Made by a program: the position numbers and the translations under genes. This document shows positions 28,404 to 37,674 of a stretch of 64,000 nt of DNA, piece after piece. Location: assembly GCA_964620905.1 (NCBI GenBank), contig CAZUKA010000002.1, positions 25,496 through 89,495 of the forward strand, given 5' to 3'. The DNA comes from an uncultured Gammaproteobacteria bacterium (GTDB lineage: Bacteria > Patescibacteriota > Patescibacteriia > S139-126). The notes under the pieces were generated by a model. That model searched no databases. It saw only the letters and a program-made list of their open reading frames with translations, and was not told the origin of the DNA. The first letter of the stretch is position 1. Each line of letters begins with the position of its first letter.

Positions 28404-31064
28404 ATGTCGTTTTCGGTAGACAAAAATAGTCAAGCCAAACAAAAAAATTTTTTTGTTTTTTTGTCCGTTTTTGGGTTAACATTTTTTTTATTATTATTAG
28501 GTTATAGTTTACGAGCCCAAAATATCGTTTACCCGATAGAAATTTTAAATTTGTTTGATGGTCAAACAATTTCTTCAACAACTTATAAATTTAAATTTGA
28601 AGCAAAAAATGAGATTGAATTTTTGGAATTGCGTTTTATCCCTTTAGGTAGTGCTGATGCAAAAGGACGTCAGGCTTATGCTAAAAGAGAGAGCGGGAGT
28701 AGCAATATTTGGATTTTTGATTTAGAGACTACTCAATTGGGCAGTGGTAATTTTCGTTTGGAAACCGTGGCAATTTATTCTGATCAAACAACAGTTGCTG
28801 GACAAACTAAAAATTTTACCATTGCTCAAAATCTGACCTTTGATACAAAAATAAAAATCGCTAGCCCTGTATCAGGACAAATAATAAATGAACCAATTTA
28901 TTTTACAGCTGAAACAAATATTCCTGTTGCGGAAATAGTTTTTTCAATTTTTGACAGCAATAAAATCTTGCAAGATCAACTAATAAGTAGCACTTCCACC
29001 CCGACTTTATATCATCAAGTCAAATTTTTACCATCAACAATATCCAGAGATGGGAAGTATCTACTACAAGCAGAGTATATTAGTCCAACTAGCACTTTCT
29101 CTTCCCTGGCAGTGGATTTTTATATAGCCAATTCTGTAGCTGATATTAATACTTCCACAACAAGCATTTTTCTAGTTTCTCCTGTTGAGCAGGCAACTAT
29201 TGTGGGTAATGTTTTATTGCAAGCAAAGGTTTCCACTTCGGTTGATGAAGTTTATTTTCGTTTGGATAGTGATTTTATTCCTGCCAGAAGGTTTGATCAG
29301 AATATTTGGCAAGAATATATTTTGACCAATAATTATACTACCGGTACCAAAGATTTATTGGCTGTAGCTCGTCTGAGTGAGAAGGAGTATTACAGTAACC
29401 GTGTGCAAGTAAAAATAGGTAATGATGATTCTATCAGACCAAATCAAGATTTACCAAAACAGCCCAGCTATATAATTACCACGCCGTTGGTTGATAATAG
29501 TAATACCAATTCCCTGAATTCCACGACAACAGTAAATATTTTAGATGAAAGTACCACCACCAGCCCAATAGAACCAACAAATTTATCAGAATCAGAGCAG
29601 AGATTAATTGAATGTCAAAATCAGGACATAAAAAATATCAGTTGTGGGGTTTATTTAAAAAATAAAGATAGTTTTACAGCTGAGTGTATCAATAAGGTTT
29701 TAAATGTGGATGAATGTTTGACCGGATTTTCTAAATGTCAAGTTGGCGGTATTGTTGATATTGATTTATGTCAAAAATATCTGACCGAACCGCGGGCAGC
29801 GCGCTGGTGTGATTTGGTTGAATTTAAAAATCAACCATTATGTCAAAATTATTTATTAGAGAAAAGAACGTCTGGTTTAATCAGACCAGAGGTTGATTTA
29901 ATTTGTTTACAACAATCAATTTTCAATTCCCAAGCTTGTCAGCGTTTTAAGGAATATATTAGCTTGTCTACTGAATGTCAACAAGCCGGTTTTAAACGAT
30001 TAGCTGATTGCCGTCAGTTTTTGCAAGCCAATATCTTACCCGCGGCTTGTAGACTTATTGGTCAAAGTGATTTAGCTCTGTGTCAGCAAAATATTTTACA
30101 AAAATATCAGACCGGCGGTTATTGCCAAGATGAAAACTGCCGTGAGGATTTAAAAAAATTTATTGGTGAATTGTCGGCTCGTGAAATTTCTTTGCATATT
30201 CTAAAAGAAGTACAGCAGAAAAAGACCAATGGTTTTCTAACGAATGATGATCTGGGTTGGTCGCCCGTTCAAGCTTTACAATCTCGTTTGGCAGTTTCTT
30301 TGCAGCCAAATTTTTCTTATCAGTTGCTACCGGCTGATGATCAAATCAAAATATCTCAAGGTTTTATTTCTCAACCGCTGCCAGCAATGGTAGTCAAAGA
30401 CTCTGATCAAGATGGCTTGCCTGATGATATGGAGCGGAGAATCGGTTCGGATCTTACCAGCTCAGATACTGACGATGATGGTTATAATGATTTAACTGAA
30501 GTTTTAAATGGTTATGATCCTTTACTTGCAGGAGCTAAGTGGTCAAGATTACTGTCGGCAGTAGAAAAAGCTATCATCAATAGGCAAACATTCCAACATC
30601 CTGTGGTTGGTGGTCAGGAGACAGACGAATTGCAAATTGAATCAATAACCAATTCACCAGCCGAAGTAAATGCCAACTTATTACTACGTGGTACAGGACC
30701 GGCTTACGGGGTTTTGAGTCTTTATTTTTATTCTGATTTACCATTGTTGGCTACCGTTCAGGTTGATGAATACGGTCGTTGGCAATATGATTTGTCAGAT
30801 AGTTTGACTGACGGATCACATCAAGTATATTTGGTAATCAATGATGAAACTGGTAAGGTGCAAAAAAAATCAACGCCACAAGTATTTTTTATCAATCAAG
30901 CCAAAGCCGCAGCCGTAGGTGAATTTATTGATTTGACTGTTTCCGAAGAAACTACTGCACTTGAGAAGTATTATATTTGGGGTGCGACAGTTCCGATACT
31001 TTTAGCTTTGGGTCTATTTTTATTTTTGCGTCGCCGCCATAAAGATGAAATTCAATTATCATGA
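28404..31064 (+). CDS. Large cell-surface protein (Ig-like repeats, Cys-rich region, DxDxDG Ca-binding motifs, C-terminal TM)
   Basis: N-terminal hydrophobic segment, I.SP..G repeats, many Cys, DSDQDGLPD/DTDDDGYND, C-terminal TM followed by RRR. Confidence 0.75.
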   Translation: MSFSVDKNSQAKQKNFFVFLSVFGLTFFLLLLGYSLRAQNIVYPIEILNLFDGQTISSTTYKFKFEAKNEIEFLELRFIPLGSADAKGRQAYAKRESGSSNIWIFDLETTQLGSGNFRLETVAIYSDQTTVAGQTKNFTIAQNLTFDTKIKIASPVSGQIINEPIYFTAETNIPVAEIVFSIFDSNKILQDQLISSTSTPTLYHQVKFLPSTISRDGKYLLQAEYISPTSTFSSLAVDFYIANSVADINTSTTSIFLVSPVEQATIVGNVLLQAKVSTSVDEVYFRLDSDFIPARRFDQNIWQEYILTNNYTTGTKDLLAVARLSEKEYYSNRVQVKIGNDDSIRPNQDLPKQPSYIITTPLVDNSNTNSLNSTTTVNILDESTTTSPIEPTNLSESEQRLIECQNQDIKNISCGVYLKNKDSFTAECINKVLNVDECLTGFSKCQVGGIVDIDLCQKYLTEPRAARWCDLVEFKNQPLCQNYLLEKRTSGLIRPEVDLICLQQSIFNSQACQRFKEYISLSTECQQAGFKRLADCRQFLQANILPAACRLIGQSDLALCQQNILQKYQTGGYCQDENCREDLKKFIGELSAREISLHILKEVQQKKTNGFLTNDDLGWSPVQALQSRLAVSLQPNFSYQLLPADDQIKISQGFISQPLPAMVVKDSDQDGLPDDMERRIGSDLTSSDTDDDGYNDLTEVLNGYDPLLAGAKWSRLLSAVEKAIINRQTFQHPVVGGQETDELQIESITNSPAEVNANLLLRGTGPAYGVLSLYFYSDLPLLATVQVDEYGRWQYDLSDSLTDGSHQVYLVINDETGKVQKKSTPQVFFINQAKAAAVGEFIDLTVSEETTALEKYYIWGATVPILLALGLFLFLRRRHKDEIQLS

Positions 31065-32425
31065 AGAAATTATTTTTACATAAAAATTTTCAGCTTATTT
31101 ATGGATTGATTTTGGTAATTTTGGTACCGGTGGTAATAATTGTCAACACCCTTTCGCTCAATCGAAATTTTAGACACAATTTAGATATTCAATTACAACG
31201 ACAAGCTTTATCCTTTGGTCGATTATTTAATGTATCTTTGTATAATTCTACTTGGCAACCAAATGAAGTTCAGGCAGTAATTGATGCCACTCTAGACAAA
31301 CAAAAAGATATTAGATTGATATCGGTTTTAACTGCTGATAATGATAATTTTCGCGTGGTTGCTAGTTCAGTTGTTGGTCAGGTAAATCAACAAGTTTTTT
31401 CCACCCATTATTTTTTTTCTTGGCAGCGCAGTGAAGCCATTGCCAGTTTAGTAAGCAAGGAGAGTTTATTTGAGTTATTTCCTCAATCTGATCAAATTAT
31501 CAGTTCTGATAGTCGTTTTTGGTTGGTAGTAATGCCATTGGTTGACCAGGAAAATCAAAAAAAATTATTACTCACCATGGTCGTGTCTTTAGATGTCATG
31601 GATCAACTTATCACTTCAACCTTGTTAAGAAGCTATATATTTTTGACCATTACTGTATTAATCCTCATTTTATTATTGTCAGCCAATACTAGATTGTTTA
31701 CCTATGCTTCACTTTATCGTAAAATTAAAGAAGTTGATGAGATGAAAGATGAATTTATATCCATCGCTTCACATGAATTACGTACACCTCTGACAGTGAT
31801 CAAGGGATACATTTCTATGTTGATAGCCGATGGCAAGAATATATTGACTGCCGAACTGCGTGGTTATTTAGACACTATCAATAATTCCGCTGACCGTTTG
31901 TCAGCTTTGGTTGAAGATTTATTGAATGTTTCTCGGATTGAACAGGGACGCTTGCAAATGGAAATACAGTCATTGGATCCCTTACCGGTGATTAAAGAAG
32001 TATTAGCTGAATTGCAAGTTGAGGCGGAACGGAAAAGTATAATGTTGTCCTGTGAATGTAGCAGTAATTATTTAATAAAAGTTGATCCAGCTAGATTGAA
32101 GCAAGTGTTGATCAATATAGTTGGTAACGCGATTAAATATACAATTACTGGTACGGTCAAAGTCAAACTGACAGTAAAAAATGGACAGTTGGAAATCAGA
32201 ACAATTGATTCCGGTATTGGTATGTCAGCAGTAGAGCGGGAACGACTCTTTCAAAAATTTTATCGCATCAAAAATGATAAAACAAAAAACATTGTTGGTA
32301 CTGGTCTAGGCTTGTGGATTACCAAGGCGGTTGTGGAGTTGATGGGCGGACAGATATATATTGATAGTATCGAAGGGGTGGGTACACAAGTGAGTATTAA
32401 TTTTCCTCTAATAAAAAACAATTAA
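31061..32425 (+). CDS. Sensor histidine kinase
   Basis: Two TM helices, ASHELRTPLT H-box, NAIKY, DSGIG and GTGLGL; ATGA overlap with the upstream gene. Confidence 0.96.
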   Translation: MKKLFLHKNFQLIYGLILVILVPVVIIVNTLSLNRNFRHNLDIQLQRQALSFGRLFNVSLYNSTWQPNEVQAVIDATLDKQKDIRLISVLTADNDNFRVVASSVVGQVNQQVFSTHYFFSWQRSEAIASLVSKESLFELFPQSDQIISSDSRFWLVVMPLVDQENQKKLLLTMVVSLDVMDQLITSTLLRSYIFLTITVLILILLLSANTRLFTYASLYRKIKEVDEMKDEFISIASHELRTPLTVIKGYISMLIADGKNILTAELRGYLDTINNSADRLSALVEDLLNVSRIEQGRLQMEIQSLDPLPVIKEVLAELQVEAERKSIMLSCECSSNYLIKVDPARLKQVLINIVGNAIKYTITGTVKVKLTVKNGQLEIRTIDSGIGMSAVERERLFQKFYRIKNDKTKNIVGTGLGLWITKAVVELMGGQIYIDSIEGVGTQVSINFPLIKNN

Positions 32426-32434
32426 TTTTAATTT

Positions 32435-32797
32435 ATGATAAAAAAAATATTGATAGCAGAAGATGAGCCGGACATACTGAAAATGTTGCAAGATATGTTG
32501 CAAACAGCCGGTTGGCAGGTAACCGCTGCTGCTGACGGTGAAGAAGCTTTGCAAAAGTTGTCAGCGGATAATTTTGATCTACTATTGCTTGATATGCAGA
32601 TGCCCAATAAAGATGGTTTTGCAGTTTTGGAGATTCTGCAAAGCGAGGGCAAATTACCCAAACAAAAAGTGGTAATCTTATCCAATATTGACAATGAGAA
32701 ATGGGTTAAGCGTGCCAAAGAATTGGGAGCGATCGATTATTGGTTGAAAGTCGAAGTCCACCTCACAGAATTGATAGAAAAAATAAAAAAATTATAA
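32435..32797 (+). CDS. Single-domain response regulator
   Basis: ILIAEDE, LLDMQMP..DG and GA.DY..K motifs. Confidence 0.95.
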   Translation: MIKKILIAEDEPDILKMLQDMLQTAGWQVTAAADGEEALQKLSADNFDLLLLDMQMPNKDGFAVLEILQSEGKLPKQKVVILSNIDNEKWVKRAKELGAIDYWLKVEVHLTELIEKIKKL

Positions 32798-34549
32798 ACT
32801 CTTAGTAAAGTTTTTTTCGCTCTGTTGTTGCCACAGCAGCGCATAAAGCTGGCTATGCTTGAGTAATTCTGCGTGACTACCTTGGGCAGAAATTTTGCCA
32901 TTTTGTAAAACATAAATTATATCAGCATGCTGGATAGTGGCTAGTCGATGGGCTACTAAAATCCTTATTAAGTTGGGATTTGTTTTTTCAATATCTTTGA
33001 TAGTTTTGGTAATTGCTTGTTCAGTAATCGAGTCAAGACTACTAGTAGCTTCATCAAAAATTATTATTTCTGGTTGTCGTAGCAAAGCACGAGCTATTGC
33101 TAAACGTTGTTTTTCTCCACCCGAAAGTTTAAGCCCTCCTTCACCAATTTTTGTATTCAAGCCATACTGACTTCGGTTGATGATACTGTCGGCCGCAGCG
33201 GCTTGCAATGCTTCTAGACACTGCTGGTCGGTCGCCTGAGGATTTATAAAATTCAGATTATCTTTGATTGTGCCAGCAAAAAGTTGAGTATCTTGGGAAA
33301 CCAAACCGATTTTTTTTCGTAAATGACTAAAATCAATCTCGTCGTGCTTTATTTGATTATAAAAAATTTCACCGCTGGTTGGTTTGTAAAGTCCGACTAA
33401 TAGTTTGATCAATGTAGTTTTACCCGAGCCACTAGGTCCAACCAAAGCCACAGTCTGACCAGCAGTGATTTTTATATTTATATTTTTTACTGACGGATCC
33501 TGACTGGATTGATAAATAAAATCAACTTGGTTGAAAGTGATAGTTGTCAGACGTTTGATATCTTTGGGATTTAGTGGTTTGATTTCGGCTGGCAATTCCA
33601 ATATTTTTTTTAATTGTTCACCGCTAGCTTCTGCTTCTCGGTATTCTGTCACCAACTGACCCAAGTCAGTCAAAGGAGTAAAGATTAAAAAAGAATAAAA
33701 TAGCAAAGTAAAAAATTCACCCAAAGTGATGATTTGTATATAAATCAACCACAACATTAAAAGCAACATACCTGACCGCAAAAAATTTATGAGGGTACCT
33801 TGAATGAAACTCATCGTTCTTACCAACTTTATTTTTTTTAGTTCCAACTGCAAAATTTGTTCATTGACTAAATTCAGCCGATCAATTTCTTGTTTTTCCA
33901 ATCCTAGGCTTTTGACCAGTTCTACATTTCTAATGGTTTCTGTGGTTGAACCGGCCAAGTCGGCTTTTTGTTTGATAATTTCCGTTTGGGCTTGTTTGAT
34001 TTTACGACTAATATAAAAAGTTACACCAGCCAAAGAGGGAATAATCGTCAGGAAAGTGAGCCCCAAAGACCAGTGCACAAAAAAAGCGTAAATCAAAACA
34101 AACAGAATACCAATTAGTGAGAAAAATAAAATATCAATAAGGCTACGGATCAATTTTTCTGCGTCTTGCCGAGCTTTATTTAAATTTTGTAGCAGTTCGC
34201 CACTGCGTTGATCTTCAAAATTTACATAAGGCAGGGAAAATGAATGCTTGATACTGTCAGCGTAAAGACTGGTGCCAAGTTTTTGAGCAATCATACTGAC
34301 ATAATAATCCTGGAAATTTTTAGCAAGGCGTGAAATCAAAGCTACCGCAATCGCCAAAAGCAAAAGCGTTAGAACGCCAAATAAAAATTCGTGACTAGCT
34401 AGTCCATTGAATTTAGTGGCATAGCGATCAATAATCAAGCGAAAAATTTGTGGATCCAACAGTGAAAAAACACGGTTAATAAGCGCTAAAAAAAGAGATA
34501 AAATAAATATCCCCTTATAATTTTTTAAATACTGCCAAAATAATTTCAT
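32792..34549 (-). CDS. ABC exporter (fused permease/ATPase)
   Basis: TM domain plus GPSGSGKT, LSGGEKQR and FDEATSSLD. Confidence 0.96.
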   Translation of the reverse strand: MKLFWQYLKNYKGIFILSLFLALINRVFSLLDPQIFRLIIDRYATKFNGLASHEFLFGVLTLLLLAIAVALISRLAKNFQDYYVSMIAQKLGTSLYADSIKHSFSLPYVNFEDQRSGELLQNLNKARQDAEKLIRSLIDILFFSLIGILFVLIYAFFVHWSLGLTFLTIIPSLAGVTFYISRKIKQAQTEIIKQKADLAGSTTETIRNVELVKSLGLEKQEIDRLNLVNEQILQLELKKIKLVRTMSFIQGTLINFLRSGMLLLMLWLIYIQIITLGEFFTLLFYSFLIFTPLTDLGQLVTEYREAEASGEQLKKILELPAEIKPLNPKDIKRLTTITFNQVDFIYQSSQDPSVKNINIKITAGQTVALVGPSGSGKTTLIKLLVGLYKPTSGEIFYNQIKHDEIDFSHLRKKIGLVSQDTQLFAGTIKDNLNFINPQATDQQCLEALQAAAADSIINRSQYGLNTKIGEGGLKLSGGEKQRLAIARALLRQPEIIIFDEATSSLDSITEQAITKTIKDIEKTNPNLIRILVAHRLATIQHADIIYVLQNGKISAQGSHAELLKHSQLYALLWQQQSEKNFTKSL

Positions 34550-34614
34550 AAATTTAGTCTAGCCAATAGTGTAGCATAAAAAACAATAATATAAAATTAA
34601 TTGAATTTGAAATC

Positions 34615-35052
34615 TTAAGATTTATCTTTCATATTTTTCAATTTATTGATGGTTTTTTTAATTTGTTGAACGCTAAGTATTTTTCTTGGTTGACCTCGGT
34701 GATTGAGATTGCCAATGTGAGTATTGGGTATGATATGGTAGTGTAAATGTAAAATACTTTTGCCCGAACCTGCTAGACTACCATCTCTGACTAAAACACT
34801 TATATTTTTTATTTTCAATTGATGTAATTTACTTATACCTTGGCGAATCAATTTATCAATATTCTCTCGTTCCTTGGTTTTTAAATGCAAAAAAGATACA
34901 ATATGTCTTTTGGGTATAACTAGTAAATGATAAGGATGATAGGGAGCTAAAGCAAAAGTCAGAAAAGCAGTTTTATTTTGATAAATTATTTCTTGTTGGC
35001 AATGACAAAAAGGACATTTTCTGATTTTTTTTATAAAGTTACTATAAAGCAT
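34615..35052 (-). CDS. HIT family hydrolase
   Basis: CPFC, HLLVIPKRH and HLHYH triad. Confidence 0.92.
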   Translation of the reverse strand: MLYSNFIKKIRKCPFCHCQQEIIYQNKTAFLTFALAPYHPYHLLVIPKRHIVSFLHLKTKERENIDKLIRQGISKLHQLKIKNISVLVRDGSLAGSGKSILHLHYHIIPNTHIGNLNHRGQPRKILSVQQIKKTINKLKNMKDKS

Positions 35053-35534
35053 AAAAATTATTAAAATATTATAATATTATAACATTTTTTAAGTTTTTCT
35101 GGTTTATCCACAGGTTATTAAATTAAGGCACTTGACCATAAAATATTGGTAGTGTAAGTTAATCAGTACCGAAACTTAAATTTTGAATCTTGCTCTTTAA
35201 ACTCCCTATTAGGGAAACACAAACTCCCAATAAGGGAAAATTAATTCGCGGTGCGGAAATAGATGTAAGTGATCATATGATCAAAAAATAAAACGAAATG
35301 TTATGCGCAAGCAAAACGTCTTCCGAAGAAGAAACACTATACATCAAGCTAAAAGCAAACATTTTCCGCAAGGAGACTCCAAAGACAAGATTCACCCTAA
35401 CCCGTCCCATTGGACATTTTCTATACCCTAATTTAGAAAACTGTCTACGGACGGGTTTTTTTCTTGCCAAAAAAACAAATTGGATATAAAATAATTTAAT
35501 TCATTTTCTTTAATAATTTAAAAGGAGTAGTAAA

Positions 35535-36215
35535 ATGATCTTATATAGTTTATATTGGTTACCCAGATTAAATTTTGAATTACCAATTAGTTTGCCGTCA
35601 GAAACAGTAAATTTTGTTTGCCTAATCATTTTGTCTTATCTTTTAGGTTCAATTCCTTTTGGCTATCTGATTGCTAAGCGCAAACATATTAACATCCAAA
35701 AAGTTGGTAGTGGCAACATTGGCGCTACCAATGTATTTAGAACTATGGGTGCTAAATGGGGTGCTCTGACATTGATTTTGGATATGGCCAAAGGTTTTTT
35801 GGCTATCAGCTTAGCAAATATTTTTTTTGACCAGCCCCAAGATGGTCATTATATATTAGCTGGGAGTCTGGCTATCATTGGCCACTTTAAACCAATCTGG
35901 TTGAACTTCAAAGGCGGCAAAGTTGTTGCCACCTCACTGGGGGTATTGTTGGGACTTAGTCCGGCTTGGTTTATTGTTACTATTGTGTTGGTTTTTACCG
36001 CCACAATACTATTTGCCAAAAAGTTTGGCTCAAAAAAAATTGCTTCCCAGAAAGTGGCTTTGGGATCTATGTTTGGAGCTATTTCAGCAGTCTTAGTAAA
36101 AATAATTTTTGGTGGTGGTTTTAATCAACAAAATTTTGAGATTACCTTATTTATAATTGGTATTACTATCATTATTTTACTTGCTCATAAAGACAACATC
36201 AAAAAAATAATCTGA
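35535..36215 (+). CDS. plsY: Glycerol-3-phosphate acyltransferase PlsY
   Basis: YLLGSIP, GSGNIGATN, D..KG, GH and FKGGK.VAT motifs. Confidence 0.93.
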   Translation: MILYSLYWLPRLNFELPISLPSETVNFVCLIILSYLLGSIPFGYLIAKRKHINIQKVGSGNIGATNVFRTMGAKWGALTLILDMAKGFLAISLANIFFDQPQDGHYILAGSLAIIGHFKPIWLNFKGGKVVATSLGVLLGLSPAWFIVTIVLVFTATILFAKKFGSKKIASQKVALGSMFGAISAVLVKIIFGGGFNQQNFEITLFIIGITIIILLAHKDNIKKII

Positions 36216-36288
36216 CTTTGCCCTCTATTTAGAGGGCTTTTTTTATTGAAGGCGGTATGATAAGCTGGGTAAGATAAAAGGAGGATTT

Positions 36289-36579
36289 ATGTTCGTTTTA
36301 AAAATTGATTTAGCTTATTTGCATATTCATGCCGGTATGTATACCGATAAAAAATCTCTCCACAGCTCAATGTATTGGCGCTGTCTGTATACAGAAGAAA
36401 TTATTGAATGGTTAGATGTTGAGATATTGATAGTTGATAAAAATAAAATATATCAGGAAATAATCAGTCGGCCGTTTTGTCCAAAATGTAAACCAAAGGC
36501 AGTAAAATATTCTCATCTAAATTTTCCTGACATTAAAGAGCCAATACCAAAACACCAACTAATTGAAGTACTGTGGTAA
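36289..36579 (+). CDS. Hypothetical protein, possible Zn-binding
   Basis: AGGAGG RBS; CPKC motif. Confidence 0.6.
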   Translation: MFVLKIDLAYLHIHAGMYTDKKSLHSSMYWRCLYTEEIIEWLDVEILIVDKNKIYQEIISRPFCPKCKPKAVKYSHLNFPDIKEPIPKHQLIEVLW

Positions 36580-36629
36580 TATAAAAACCCGCCCTAGAGA
36601 GCGGGTTTTTAATTTTAGCAAAATTTTGC

Positions 36630-36962
36630 TTAGTTCCAGTTTCGTTGACGATTGCCACCGCCGCCACCACCAAAACCGCGTCCGCGACTACCAAAATCTC
36701 GGCGAGGACGATCAGTCATTGGGCGAGCTTCGCTAACTCTGATAGTGCGACCATCAAGTTCTTTGCCGTCAAACATCTCAATGGCTTTTTGCGCTTCGTC
36801 TTCAGTAGCCATTTCCACAAAACCAAAACCCTTGGACCGGCCTGACATTTTGTCAGTGATCACTGTGGCAGATTCTACAGTACCGGCTTGAGCGAAAGCT
36901 TCTTGTAGGCTTTCCTGGGTAGTATCATAAGATAAGCTACCGATGTAAAGTTTTTTGTTCAT
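36630..36962 (-). CDS. RRM-domain RNA-binding protein with Gly/Arg tail
   Basis: KLYIGSL (RNP2) and SKGFGFVEM (RNP1). Confidence 0.96.
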   Translation of the reverse strand: MNKKLYIGSLSYDTTQESLQEAFAQAGTVESATVITDKMSGRSKGFGFVEMATEDEAQKAIEMFDGKELDGRTIRVSEARPMTDRPRRDFGSRGRGFGGGGGGNRQRNWN

Positions 36963-37192
36963 AATATACACTTACACAAATAAAATTCGCAAGAGCGACC
37001 TAACTATTTTTTTGGGACTTACACTCCTTTAAATTTGTGTAAGCAAATATAAAATAGAAACACTTGCTGAAAATAAGTATTTCATATTTTGCTGTTTTTG
37101 TCAACAGCTGTCTTGACAGTTGAGCAAAAATAAGATAATTTAATATATTCGTTTATTAAAATAAATTTTTCAACAAACAAAAGGAGACAAAA

Positions 37193-37531
37193 ATGAGCAC
37201 ACCCCAGGAATTAAAAGACCAAGAAGAATTAGAACAAACCGGAAAAATTGCTGGCCAAAGACCAGTTGATATTATCAGACAAATGAATCCAAAAATTCAC
37301 ATTCCTACCGGTGCGGAATTGGCTGGTATGATAAAAAAACAAACCGAAGAAGATCTGGATAAATCGGTTGGTTTAGACCGACAACAAGTTTTTGAGTATG
37401 CCCAAGGTTTGGGCTATACCGGTTCTGATGATTTTAATAAAATTTCAGAATTTATGGTGGCCGCCCAAGGTTTGCAGCCGATCTATGACGATCGGGAAAA
37501 GAAGTATTTTATTGAAGCTATAAGTTTTTAA
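37193..37531 (+). CDS. Hypothetical protein
   Basis: AAGGAG RBS, upstream TTGACA, downstream terminator. Confidence 0.65.
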   Translation: MSTPQELKDQEELEQTGKIAGQRPVDIIRQMNPKIHIPTGAELAGMIKKQTEEDLDKSVGLDRQQVFEYAQGLGYTGSDDFNKISEFMVAAQGLQPIYDDREKKYFIEAISF

Positions 37532-37674
37532 TTTCAAATAAAAACATTAAACCGCATCAAGAGTATGCGGTTTTACTATTGATTTTTTGTAAAAATTATG
37601 CTATAATTAAATATATAGGTTAAAAATCCTCAATATTTTGAGGTAAAAATAAAAATAAAAATTAAAAAAATTCT

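Noticed and set aside
35104-35112. Replication origin suggested by a DnaA box
   Set aside because: Only one perfect box was seen, with no box cluster or dnaA/dnaN nearby
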